Assembly: GCF_006345805.1 (NCBI RefSeq) | Contig: NC_043016.1 | Coordinates: 14,694,001 to 14,758,000 of the forward strand | Length of the DNA stretch: 64,000 bases | Source of the DNA: Octopus sinensis | Lineage: Eukaryota | Direction: 5' to 3' | Part shown: one piece after another, positions 42,422 to 54,279 of the stretch | Layout of the letters: each line of letters begins with the position of its first letter | Numbering within the stretch: position 1 is the stretch's first letter | The notes under the pieces: generated by a model | The model's database searches: none | The model's input: only the letters and a program-made list of their open reading frames with translations | Told to the model about the DNA's origin: nothing | Program-made: the position numbers and the translations under genes

Positions 42422-42433
42422 TAATAATAATAA
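41249..42433 (+). mobile_element. R4/Dong-clade non-LTR element, second subfamily, 5'-truncated
   Basis: LKSETEGFIISAQDQCLPTRNY..CHVC..ETIDYMVSKC..YLNRHD (CCHC and RHD), NRPDII..LLID..KLSKY..IPVVIGALG (PD-D/ExK); 3' UTR and (TAA)n tail. Confidence 0.93.
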
Positions 42434-42775
42434 TGGGCTGATTGCTACCTAACTCAGATACCAGGAAACCCCAAAATGGCAGAAATTCAAAAGATAGTGC
42501 TCATGGGAACTGCTCATATCCTACGCAAAATACTCTCTATGTAATCCCAAGGTTTAAAACAAACTTTTTTTTTTTTTTATTTATGTATTAGACATTCACT
42601 AGTACAACACCAAAAAAAAAAAACCAAATATATGGCACACAAGGCATAACAACAACGTGAACTTCCAACCTGTTGTCTCTTGAGGTCTCTGGGTGAGACT
42701 TGGAGCCAACTTGTACAGACATAAAGCAAAAGTCAAATATATAATAATAATAATAATAATAATAATTATAATAAT
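42434..42775 (+). mobile_element. Tandem short 3' copy of the same R4/Dong element
   Basis: Repeats 42034-42358 (GGGCTGATTGCTACC...GCAAAAGTCAA) and has its own (TAA)n tail. Confidence 0.92.
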
Positions 42776-42832
42776 GAAATTATTGTATGCAGTGCTCAGG
42801 TGCACCACAAGTTGTCAAAAGTTGTAGCACCC

Positions 42833-43150
42833 TGTAGTAAAGATTGTTTGCCAACATAACATGGCAATCCTGGTTTAGGACGAATGTTGCTATAATTTGG
42901 CCCCAGGAGACATTGTCTCCAGCTGGCTATAACGACACGATCTGTGTCCTTATATTTTCGAACAAGGGAATCTAGCATCCCCACGCAGCTCAAAACAATA
43001 TCGTGGATTCTGGGTTACTTTCCTTCGAAGATATGGCACAGATCGTGTCATATAGCCAGCTGGAGATGATGTCTCCTGGGACTAAATTACCCCAACATTA
43101 AGTCCTAAACCAGGACTGCCATGTTATGTTGGCAAACAATCTTTACTACA
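42833..43150. repeat. Head-to-head inverted pair (~150-bp arms) of a structured element; left arm continues into a CR1 3' tail
   Basis: TGTAGTAAAGATTGTTTGCCAACATAACATGGC... versus ...GCCATGTTATGTTGGCAAACAATCTTTACTACA; 42775-42820 matches the CR1 tail at 43690-43735. Confidence 0.9.
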
Positions 43151-43498
43151 AATTATTTGATGTTTAGTACAAATGTAATGGAACACATATTCCTGGTCTA
43201 TGATTATTAATTTTTTCTTTTTTTTTTACCAGATACACGAATAAATGAGCCATTTTCAAAAGGGTTGCCCTGCTAGAAACCTGTCAGAAGTAAAAAGCAG
43301 TGACTGACTTCCTGAAGGAGAAATTCTTGTAAGAATTTACAAGACTGAAAAATGTTTACAAAGATAAAGCTTTAAACTAGAGCAGTATGTGAAGGTGGAC
43401 ATACTGCCTAAATCACAATTCAACTCACCAAAAAGATTTCCATTTTCAGAAGGAAGCACCATTTGGTTTTTACAATAATAATAATAATAATAATAATA

Positions 43499-43675
43499 TA
43501 TTTCTTTACTACCCACAAGGGGCTAAACACAGAGTGGACAAACAAGGACAGACAGACGGATTAAGTCGATTACATCGACCCCAGTGCGTAACTGGTACTT
43601 AATTTATCGACCCCGAAAGGATGAAAGGCAAAGTCGACCTCAGCAGAATTTGAACCCAGAACGTAACGGCAGACA
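43499..43675 (-). mobile_element. SINE family B, 5'-truncated
   Basis: Matches 5068-5250. Confidence 0.88.
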
Positions 43676-43689
43676 ATAATAATAATAAT

Positions 43690-44275
43690 ACTGAAATTAT
43701 TGTATACAGTGCTCAGGTGCACCACAACTTGTCAGAAAGTGCGTATAAAGTATATGCAGTAATGTACAAATGTCTGAGAAGTGTGTATGAGTCAGATACA
43801 TGCTTGCGTGTGTATGGAGGGGAGAAAATCAGGTGTAGTGTTGGCGAATCTCAAGAAGCATGGAAGTTTTGAAGGATGCAGTGCTCCAATAACTAACAAC
43901 TGATGCCGGCAGTTTGTTCTATGCTTCATGGGAGCTGTGCTGTTTTCTGACTTTGTAAACATGTCCACGGGTGTTAGACAGGTGGAGTTTGAAAAGGTGC
44001 TCAGAGTTATTGTTTGTAAGATGGTTAATAATTTTATGGGTGTCTGCCAAGTCAGCTGCCAGACGTCAGAGTTTCAATGTATCCGTGCCCAAGGAAGTAA
44101 GGTGTTCAGAATATGGCAAATGCCAGATGGAGAGTATTCTCTTGGTTGCACATCGCTGAACGGTTTCCGGATGATTAATATGCTGGGCAAGATAGGGGTT
44201 CCAGACCGGTGATGCAAATTCCAGGTGAGGTTGCACCATAGCTATATAAAGCTGCAGATAGATAGCCGGAGAGCG
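43690..44275 (-). mobile_element. CR1-clade LINE 3' end with 3' UTR
   Basis: ORF C-terminus (LEFASPVWNP..QRCATKRIL..TRGH) and tail GACAAGTTGTGGTGCACCTGAGCACTGTATACAATAATTTC. Confidence 0.88.
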
Positions 44276-45079
44276 GTAATGAATCCTAAGAGAAAACTAC
44301 TAATGAAACTGGAGATATCAGGTCTGGATCTGAATACGGTGTCTTCTGGATAGGCACATTAATCAAAAACTGAAAATGGCTCAAATAAAACCTTAACCCT
44401 GCAAATTATCGGCATGCTTCACAGTGATTGCTTGTCAACAAGGAAAAAGCAAATACTTTAATTAGAGTCAGTTGATGCATAACCGTTGATGAGCTGGCAT
44501 CAGAACTTGGAGTTAGCCATGATAGTTCTCAAGACATTATCAAAGTTACTTGGATATTCAAAAATGTGGCCACTGAGAGGGTTAATGGGTTGCACTGTGC
44601 TCCTTGAACTTTGCAAAAAAGACAGAATCTTCTTCAAAGGCTTCATAACAAGTGATGAGACTTGGATTCATCATTGTAAACCTGAATCAAAAAGACAATC
44701 AATGGAATTGTGTCGTCCAGTCTATCTAAAGACAAGAAAGTTCAAAGCAGAAAAGTCAACTGGAAAAATCATGGTGGCTATCTCTTGGAATGTTCAAGGT
44801 GTTATTCTTATCGGGAGGAGAAACAGTCAACTTTAAAAGCGTACACTGAAACCCTTAAAGGACTTGGAGCAAGAATTTACTGTGTAAGATATGGAGATGG
44901 ATAAAATGCTTCAACACTACAAACCTCAGAACAAGGGAGGCAATCACTTCTTTTGGGTGGACATCTCTGTCACATCCTCCTTACTCGACTTATCACTCTC
45001 AGATTTCCATTTAACCACAGATGCGAATCTGAGAGTGCTAACTTGAGAGGGGAGGACGTGCAGGAAAGATCAAGGAATG

Positions 45080-45900
45080 AACCCTAAATTTTTCACTGGG
45101 CTCAATATTAACTCTCATCTACATGCTACATACTTCTGTACATAGAAGCTTTTTCAGACCACCCTGGTTATTCACCTACTCCTAGCTTTCTTAATACCTA
45201 CCAGATTATTGGAATGAGGGGCTCTGTTGCAGGCCTTCTCTTGGTAGACCAATTGCTGTATATAGAGAGATTTACTTTTAGCTAAGTATTTCTCCTGCAG
45301 TTATCTCATTAGAAAGATATCATCAGTGGTACCTCTTCTTCATACAAGTTTATACCATTTCTAATCAAATTTGCAATAACTTTTTCTGTAACTTCCATGT
45401 ATCTTACAATTTGATACCTTTGTTATTTCCTCCCTCTAATGCATTATTTTCCCCGCTGTAACAATTTACTATAATTCTGCTAGCCGGTCTCTCTGTTGGG
45501 TCTACTTGCAGCAGCCTCTCCATCATCTTCTCATTGTCTCACATTCATGCCTTTTTCCTGCTCACATTTTACACTGTGACAACCAGAGATGCAAAGTATT
45601 CAGAATAAAAAGACAGAATATCAGAGAGAATTGAGACGACATCAAGAAGTGTATACAGATTAACAGAGGTGCATTTACTGTCACTCAGAACCAGCTTGTT
45701 ATTCTGTAAACTTCACGTCTCTGATCCTCACGCCCTACAAGTGCAAACTTCTTTCTTGACATCTGCTTCTTTTTAAATATATCTGTTGTCCAGCTTCCTT
45801 TTTAGCTTTTTGATATTTGTCTTTGTAACCCCCTTTCTTACAGTCTGCCAGACCTGTCTAAGCCCATTATATCACTTTGCATGAGGTGTTGCTCCAACCA
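45080..45900 (-). mobile_element. Degenerate RTE LINE (linker and RT N-terminus)
   Basis: IVNCYSGENNALEGGNNKGIKL (cf. IVNCYKGKGDAL...NYRGIKL); YQKAKKEAGQQI; REDQRREVYRI. Confidence 0.65.
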
Positions 45901-46131
45901 GGCGGCGAGCTGGTAGAAACATTAGCACGCCGGGCGAAATTCGTAGCCGTATTTCGTCTGTCGTTACGTTCCGAGTTCAAATTCCGCCGAGGTCGACTTT
46001 GCCTTTCATCCTTTCAGGGTTGATAAATTAAGTACCAGTTACGTACTGGGGTCGATGTAGTCGACTTAATCCCTTTGTCTGTCCTTGTTTGTCCCCTCTG
46101 TGTTTAGCCCCTTGTGGGTAGTAAAGAAATA
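45901..46131 (+). mobile_element. SINE family B, full-length
   Basis: GGCGGCGAGCTGGTAGAAAC..GAGTTCAAATTCC..Nin domain..CCCCTTGTGGGTAGTAAAGAAATA. Confidence 0.92.
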
Positions 46132-46680
46132 CATATACTTGGTGTGTGGCCTTCAGCAGACTGTTCCATTAGATACGCTTGCATTTGACTACAAGCCTTT
46201 ATTTCATATCATCAAATGCTCCAATACTTCTCTGAACATCTTTTTCGTGGTTCTCTAAAATTCCTTATTTTTCTTCTCCAAGTTGTCTTGAAACCTTAGC
46301 ATATCTTGACCATATTTTTGTCCCACAACCACTTTAATTCTTTCTGCCATGAAGGAATAAAGTAAATATACCGCATGTAAATATTCAAAACAAGTTTACA
46401 TTAACACCAAATTTAATTCATCCATGACTTATGTCCCATCCACCACAACTAGAGAAACAGTTTTAGCTCCTGAAATCCATAATCACTATTCTGTTTAGGG
46501 AAAGGCTTAATATTTACAGTTACCTGTCTATCTTATTGCCAGGTGAGAATGGAAGTCTACCTAGCTTTTTGTGTTCACCTCAGTGGTTCTCAACCAAGGT
46601 TTATATGACCTTTGGGGTTCTATAGAAGATTTTGTCATTAAAGTTTGGTGCAATAGATTGGTTATATTTCTACAATATGT

Positions 46681-47175
46681 GAAGGTGCATGGCTCAGTGG
46701 TTAGAGCATCAGGCTTGCAATTGTGAGGTAGTGAGTTCAATTCCCAGACGGGGCCGCATGTTGTGTTCTTGAGCAAGACACTTTATTTCCCATTGCTCCA
46801 GTTCACTCAGCTGTAGAAATGGGTTGCGACATCACTGGTGCCAAGCTGTATCGGCCCCTTTGCCTTTATCTTAGATAACACCAGTGGTGTGGAGAGGAGA
46901 GGCCGGTATGTATGAGTGATTGCTGGTCTTCTATAAACAACCTTGCCCGGACTTGTACCTTGGAAGGGAATTTTCTAGGTGCAATCCCATGGTCATTCAT
47001 GACTGAAGGGGCCCTTTATCCTATGTAAATATAATAGCAAGAAGGGACGCTGGTATGCATGGGTGACTGATGGTCTTCTATAAAAACAACTTTGCACAGA
47101 ATTGTTCCTTGGAGGGGAATTTTTCTAGGTGCAATCCCATGGTCATTCATGACTGAAGGGAGTCTTTAACCTCTT
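46681..47175 (+). mobile_element. SINE family C with duplicated 3' part
   Basis: A box TGGCTCAGTGG, B box GAGTTCAATTCCC, core TGTGTTCTTGAGCAAGACACTTTA; 46900-47020 repeated at 47045-47170. Confidence 0.85.
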
Positions 47176-48568
47176 TATTTCTACAATATATGAGATACTT
47201 TAACAATTTTTTATACAATTCCTAATAATATTTAATTATAAAAATAGGATTTTCTTAATCAAGTGGCTATAGGAGGGGGCGGGGCATCTGAGTAAAACAA
47301 GAATCAAAAGGTCTGTAAGCAAAAAAACTCCCCAAAAATGGCTGTGGACCACTGATCTAAGTTGTAGGTCATCAGGTGGCCAGCTGGTTGCAAATGTTGA
47401 AGTCATTTGAATCACAAAACTCCAGTAGACTTGACTCTTTCTCATCCTTGTTGCTGGAGTGCAGATGTGGCTAAGAAGTTTACTTCCCAAACACATGGTT
47501 TTGGGTTCAGTCCCATTGCATGGCACCTTGGGCAAGAGTCTTTTGCTATTTAGCTTCTGACCAACCAAAGTCTTATGAATGGATTTCATCATCATCATCA
47601 TCAGTTAACGTGTGTTTTCCATGCTGGCATGGGTTGGATGGTTTAACAGGAACTGGCAATACCAGGTTCCATTGTCTGTTTCTACAGCTTGATTCTCTTC
47701 CTAACGCCAACCACTTTACAGAGTGTACTGAGAGCTTGTCACACGGCAACAGCACCAGTGCACTTTATGTGGCACCATCATCGACGAGGTCACCAAGTAC
47801 CTTGTAAGACAAGAGGCAAAACCCCCTCAACTGAAACGGAGGGGACAGTATTAAGGGGTGTGGCTTTGTGTCAGTTGAAAGACTAAAAGTACAGAGGGAC
47901 AGAGATAGTGTCTTACTGTAGATACATGGATATTCCAATTGGAAAAGAAAAGACAGTGATAGAGAGGAGAGGATGATGAAGATGTGTTTGGACGTGCCCT
48001 AGAGCAGTAATTCTTAATGGTGGGGAATACACTCCATTGGTGGGGTCTAAATTTTTTTGTTTTTTTTAGAGGGACATGAAATTGCGAAGTTTTTTTTTTC
48101 ACAGCAAACACACTACACCAATACTCAGCCTAGCCAGACCGATCTCTCCAGCCAAGTTTAGTGTATGAAGACTGTTTGGTACAGCATAGCACTATTTCTT
48201 TTTCTTTTTTTTTTGGAATCAGTACTAAATGAAAGAGTTACTGGTAGATTATTTTGTATTAAATAATTGTGATAAAATATAAAAATTTTTTTTTTCCAAC
48301 TACTAGTGCGGCATACAATTTTCTGGTAAGTTATAGTGGGGCCTGGAAGAAAATAAGTTGGGAAACACAGTCCTTGAGGGATACTGGGGTAATGAGAATA
48401 GGTGAGGTGATTTAGAGGTCTGGACTGGAGAGTGGGTAGGGTAGACAATTTTCTAAGAGTAAAATCTTTGTCTATTAATGGTCCTATTTTTTTGTTTTTA
48501 CCCCTCTCTCTCTTCTAAAAATTTATCTGTCCTTGTGATTATAACAATTTGGAGTAGTTTTCAAGATA

Positions 48569-49059
48569 CCATAAATCCTCGAGTATAATACGCAGGTGAT
48601 TTTTAGAGGGCTGTACCTCTGAAAAACCTAAACCTTGTGTATAATACGCACCCCTTCTCTAACTTGAGTCAAGGAGGTCTATCTAACGTCCTTGGTTTGT
48701 AAAAATGTATACGGTAACGTCCTTTATTATTATTGTATATATAACATAATGCAAACGTGTAGCTTTTTTGTACATTTTGTTTGCAGAAAATAAAGAAATA
48801 ACAGTAATAACGTTTAATAAATGTTGCTTACTGCAAGTTATGAATGGTTCTTTTATGACTTCATTGCTTTCAGGCTTAGCTCAAGGTATTTTCGCGCCTG
48901 ACATCACAAAATGCGTCTAAACATTGTCAGACATCAAATAGAGACTCGGACATTGCTTAGAAAATAATTTTCATTTTTAACCTCATATATAGTACGCACT
49001 AGGGATTTTGACCTTTAAATTTTGGGGAAAAAATGCGGATTATACTCGAGGATTTACGG
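48569..49059. mobile_element. pogo/Tc2-like MITE
   Basis: TA|CCATAAATCCTCGAGTATAATACGCA ... TGCGGATTATACTCGAGGATTTACGG|TA (about 26-bp TIRs, TA TSD). Confidence 0.88.
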
Positions 49060-49870
49060 TACTGATAGCAAAATGTTATCTAAACATCTGGCAAAAGTTA
49101 GTTTTTTAATAAAATATCATAGGATATATATGTGGTTGTTTGTAAAAGCTAGTTTTCTCTCCTTTCATATCCCAAAGCCTTGGGAACACACTTTCTCAGT
49201 GGAACCAGCACTTATTTTCATATCTAGAAAATAAACCAACAATTCAATATATCATCTGCAGGATACGTATGTGGCACTGACTTGAGCAAGAGAACTAAGC
49301 CACCAGACCATGGATCAATGGGTACCAGGCTGCACACACAGAATAAATTCTATTCCTATTTGATTCACTATTACAGCCTGCAGGGTGTTTTTGCATTATA
49401 TATATATACATGTAGTGTATCTTTTACACATGTGATTCCCTGGTCTGTGGAATAATTTTCATGCACGAAACTGGTCCATGGACTTGGATTACTCTAATAA
49501 TTTTTTATGAAATGGAAACAATTCAAAAATAACCGTCATTTTTTCTAATCACAGATATAGCATTTTGTACCATACTTATTAGCTAAGCTAGCACTACCAG
49601 TTAATTCCTTTCAAAATGTTTTATTAGTCTAACACAGTAATATCAAGATTGTTAAAGGGTAGATAATCCAGTTGATTCAGTATACATTTATGATGAGGTT
49701 TTAAAATTTCAACTATAAACGAAAAAAAAAAAAAATCTTAGTTTTCATAAATGGAATGATACACAAGCTTCAAATAAAATTTAAATCTTATTACAATAAT
49801 CCTGAAACTATTTCATGGAATAATTTAGAGTTGCAAATTTCATAGTATCATTCAGTTATTAAATTTATTT

Positions 49871-50091
49871 AACATTATTTACATTTGACGGATATTTGTC
49901 CTCATCTTTTGTTGTTAACACAATGTTTCAGCTGATATAACCTCCAGCCTTCATCAGGTGTCTTGAGGAAATTTCGAACCTGGGTTCTCATTCCTAAGGT
50001 ATTTTTAGATTCTTTTATTATTATTATTATTCAGGTCACTGCCTGGAATTGTACTTGGGATTAGTAGCCTATACTCTTAACCACTATGCCA
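49871..50091 (-). mobile_element. tRNA-headed SINE carrying a 3' minimal hammerhead (core 49917-49962)
   Basis: A box TGGCATAGTGG, B-box-like GGTTCGAAA, then GACAC-CTGATGA-AGGCTG..CAGCT-GAAAC-ATT-GTGTT. Confidence 0.75.
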
Positions 50092-50095
50092 TATT

Positions 50096-50262
50096 CATAA
50101 TGGTTAAGAGCGCGGGCTACTAACACCAAGATTCCAAGTGCAATTCCAGGTAGTGACCTGAATAATATCTAAAAATACCTTAGGAATGAGAACCCAGGTT
50201 CAAAATTTCCTCAAGACACCTGATAAAGGCTGGAGGGTGTATCAGCTGAAACATTGTGTTAA
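50096..50262 (+). mobile_element. Inverted sister copy of the hammerhead-bearing SINE (core 50215-50260)
   Basis: TGGTTAAGAGCGCGGGCTACTAA..GACAC-CTGATAA-AGGCTG..CAGCT-GAAAC-ATT-GTGTT. Confidence 0.75.
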
Positions 50263-50342
50263 ATATAAAGCTAGAAACATTTATATTATAATAAAACAAT
50301 AAACATTTATACTATAATAAATCAAATAAACGAACACAAACT

Positions 50343-50363
50343 TTTATTACATTTCTTTTTATT
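50343..50363 (-). terminator. Candidate tandem polyadenylation signals of a minus-strand gene
   Basis: Two AATAAA hexamers on the minus strand (50358-63, 50343-48) followed by GU/U-rich TTTGTGTTCGTTTATTT, at the edge of a TE-poor region that is U-rich on the minus strand. Confidence 0.4.
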
Positions 50364-53300
50364 CATGAACAACTACAAGTCATAAGTCTAAGATAACAAG
50401 TTAACTTGTGCATCATAACAGGGGTGCCCCCACTGAAATAGTTGGAAGGGAAAATAACTTAAAAACAACTAAAATGGAAAAACAAAACCCCATAAAAGTC
50501 AAACTTTTTCAAGCAAGGGACGTGTCCATCTGCATTGAGTTGTATGAGAGAATGTGTGTATCAGTGAGTGTAATGAGTGTGTTCGTCTGGCTATTAAGGA
50601 GACAGGCTATATTGTCCATATTTGGTCAAACTCACTCAACAATTGTATTTAAAAATACAGTAGCAGGACTGCCATTGTCCTTAACAGTAATAATAATAAT
50701 CACCATATACATATGTACACACACATGCACACACACACACACAGAACTGGTATTAATTTACTAAGGATATCTAAATGTTTATTTATATATGTATGTACAT
50801 ATATGTATATATTTATACAGACACACACAATCACTCACACTCATACACACACATGAATAATAATATAATAATCTAATTTTGCCAATATAAGGGCAGTAGA
50901 AAAAGGTCATGACAACAATCAATTTCAGTGACGGGCTTCCCATTCATTAGTGTAACTTTAACCTTTAAAATAATTCTCCCAAATTTACACTGTTTTCCAA
51001 GGGACCTCTAAATGAATACAGACAACATCCATCATACACTGTATAAGGCCCAAACAAAAAAAAAAAAAAAAAAAAGGAAAAAAATTAAAATGAGATTAAA
51101 GGAGGAGAAATAAGCTTATTATAAGTGAACAGTAGGATAAATAGTCAAAACAAAATGTTAATGCTATGAATTAGATAACAATATTAATGGAATCTTTCAA
51201 ATAAACAGAGGGCTATTGACTTGGAATGAAGTTATTTAAAAGACCCATTTCAAAATTAGTGACAACCAACAATCCGAACTCGGGGAAAATGTTGGAGAAC
51301 AACAAGAAAAATATATATATATATATTATATATATATATAAACATAAAGGATTTTTTAGTTTATTTTTTTCCGGTAATTTTCTCATACAAAACAAGACTT
51401 GAATATTTATTACAGCGGCATATTTTTGATTTCAAGTTTTATTTTGTTGAGAACTGAAGAAAAAAAAGAAAGAAAGAAAATAAACAACCCAGAAGTGAAA
51501 TATACAGATGAATAAAAAAAAAAAAAAGAAAGAAAAGATAAAATGAAAATCAGATAAGAGATTTCAAGTTGATTTTGCTGCTTATTTGGAGGGAGAGATT
51601 TGTGTAATATCTGTGAGATTTCTAGGCAACAGCCAAAATGATAAAAGGGAAATTAAACTTTCTTTTGGAAAAAGGGAAACAGAAAGGCTCTGTTATAATA
51701 AAAAGGAACAGAGAAAGATAGATTAAATGAAGAGGAAGTGTGAATATAGCTTTCCTGCTGTATTAGGCATTAAGCAACCGTCTTGGCTGATAGGTCTTTC
51801 TCACTGTCTCCTCAAGCAGTGTTGACTTATTAAGAATACTTAACGTGTATGAAAGTGAAAAGGAAGCATTTAAAGGCTTCGTTAGATGGTTTCTGTTTTT
51901 TTTTTTTTTTGTTGCTCTCTCTCTCTTTCTCTCTCTCGCTCTCTCTCTCATCAGTAATCTATAAGAGCTAAATAGATTTGGAAACTGATTATCTTTTATA
52001 TAAAGATACAGAGCCCATTTGTTTTTCTCCAATATTTTTTTTTTTTCTTTTTTATTATTTTTTAAAATTTTCATAAAGGTAGTGAATTGCTTGATGAATT
52101 AATCTGCACCAGATTTCGGCTGAGAGCTGTACACATCTCACACCATCAACTGGTGTACTGAGTAGATCTGGTTCCCATTTCAGCAGCTTATATAGAGTTA
52201 AACATTAAAAAGGAAGTTAGAGAGGATAATTAACAGAAGTTAATTGATAAATACAAATAAATAATCCAAGGCTCCTAAAAGAGTGTACTTTTCTTTCATA
52301 ACAAGACAGGTAGTTGGTTTGTGTAGAGCAGACTGAACAAAAACACCAACCAAGTGCTGCCAGTAGGTCTTCCTCACATGCAAACATTCATTTACAGATA
52401 TACGAAGGGGAGGGGGAATCATTGGTGGTTTTTGGTTTTCTTTTTTCTTTTTTTTTTTTTCGAGATTCAGATTGCATCATGAAGCATTGACACAAGCTAC
52501 AGTTAGGAATTTGAAACAATTTAAACAAATAAAAAATAATTGAAGAGAGATTTCATTCAAAATTTTATTTTCAAACAGCCTATAAAGTATATCTTAATAG
52601 TTCAGGATTTTTTTACGTTTTTAATTTTTAACCACAATTTTATTAAATTAAGAGGTATGGAAGCTGCTAGGAAATCCACCATACACTAATTTAAAGAGTT
52701 TACTTTTAATAATAATAATAATAATCTCTTATTTCATCATCAAAGTAAGAGAATACTATTTTAAGATTGTGTTGTACATCATGAACAAGTATTTTGAGCC
52801 ATACTTGTGTAAATATCTAGTTACACTGAAGAATAATTGCAACTGCCAAAAACAGGTAAGGACAAAAATAAAAGGTGGGGGTGAGGGGAATTAACGGGGT
52901 AGGGGAGAAGGGGGGAAAATTGACTTTACAGAAACTATTTACATGAAGGGAAAATTAATTTAGAAAGGAAATTAATGGCAATAGCAGCACTATAAAACAA
53001 TATTTATGTGGAAATAAATAATGTTAGTGTCCAGGTTTATGACAGCACATTCATCATTGATTTAAATACATGAGCCAATAGATGTCTAAGTTATTTCTTA
53101 AGCTATCAGAAAAGAATTGGCTAAAATAATTTCAGTTATATGACTAATATGGAAAAATAACCCCATTTCAACCACATACACCAGCAGTGTTTACAAATTG
53201 CTGTGATAGATCATATACTAACCAAATGAAATATTCAATATATATTTTTTAATGGTGATATTATAACTAACACACCATTTTTAAGTGGATTTTATTTTAT

Positions 53301-54279
53301 ACATAAATTATTTATTTTATTTATTTTGTTTATTTTATTTGTTTTTTTTACAATTTTATTTATACAAATTTTCACAAACTATAATTAAATACATTAAAAG
53401 CCAGCTTAGTGGCTTCTCTTCACTATGTTGTGAGTGGGCATAGCATGGTTGTGTCAGAGAAATGTAAGGTATTAGGAGAGGATAGGTATCTGGAGAGCAA
53501 GGAGAAGGAATGCAGGCATACATGCAGATAATGCACAGAAGTGTGAGAGAAAACAAAATGATGAGAGAAATAATGGAAAGACAACACATGCAGCAACATA
53601 GATACACCGTATAGTTCCTAAAACATTCACAGAAGGGGAGGGGCAGGGAGATCTCAGATAACAATTGCAAATTACATTAACATGTCCATAATTATTATAT
53701 TAGTAATACTTCTGAGAGTATAAACATAAGTATACGTCTCTACAAAATTCATACACATTAACATATACACAATACACACACAAGCTAACACCCACACATA
53801 CACATACACATTGAAGAGCAGAACAAATATATAAAGCCCACAAATGTGTACAGAGTATACACCCACCCTTACTACGTCCAGCCTTGACAAAAAAACATTC
53901 ATCCAACCATCTGACCCACCCTTCCCCCCACTCCCTACAAATCTACACTAAATATGTTGCTTTGGTCAAAGAGTCCTGCTGCTGGAGCCAGATGCTTCAC
54001 TTATTTTCATTCACTTGCCAAACTGAAATTTAAGAAAAGAGAAAAAAAAAAAAAAAGAGAACATCAATATATGTGCACACATACATACATACACATATAT
54101 ATATACATACACAAAATCAAAACATGCTATGTTAAAGCGTATTTTTAAAACTAGTTTCATGAATCAAATATATACACACACACACGTGGGGTATAGATGG
54201 TATTTGTGGACAATTATCAGTACATTACTCTCTTCAAACCAATTAAAAGGATTTCCCTATGGCAGACAAAATACAAGAA

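Larger units (their letters stand above)
43240..45015 (+). mobile_element. DD34D-type mariner (SETMAR/Mos1-like) transposase relic, fragmented by insertions
   Basis: KAVTDFL..RLKNVYKDKAL (43295-43400); ITVDELASELGVSH (44480); ITSDETWIHHCKPESKRQSME..KSTGKIMVAISWNVQGVIL; LSHPPYS (44970). Candidate left TIR at 40362. Confidence 0.85.

Noticed and set aside
45901-45990. tRNA gene (also 20118, 46681, 50096)
   Set aside because: tRNA-derived SINE heads: no closed acceptor stem or poly-T terminator, and they are followed by SINE bodies.
46135-46400. Possible Tc1 N-terminal relic on the minus strand
   Set aside because: Only a faint resemblance to RSGRPRK; no TIR or catalytic motif.
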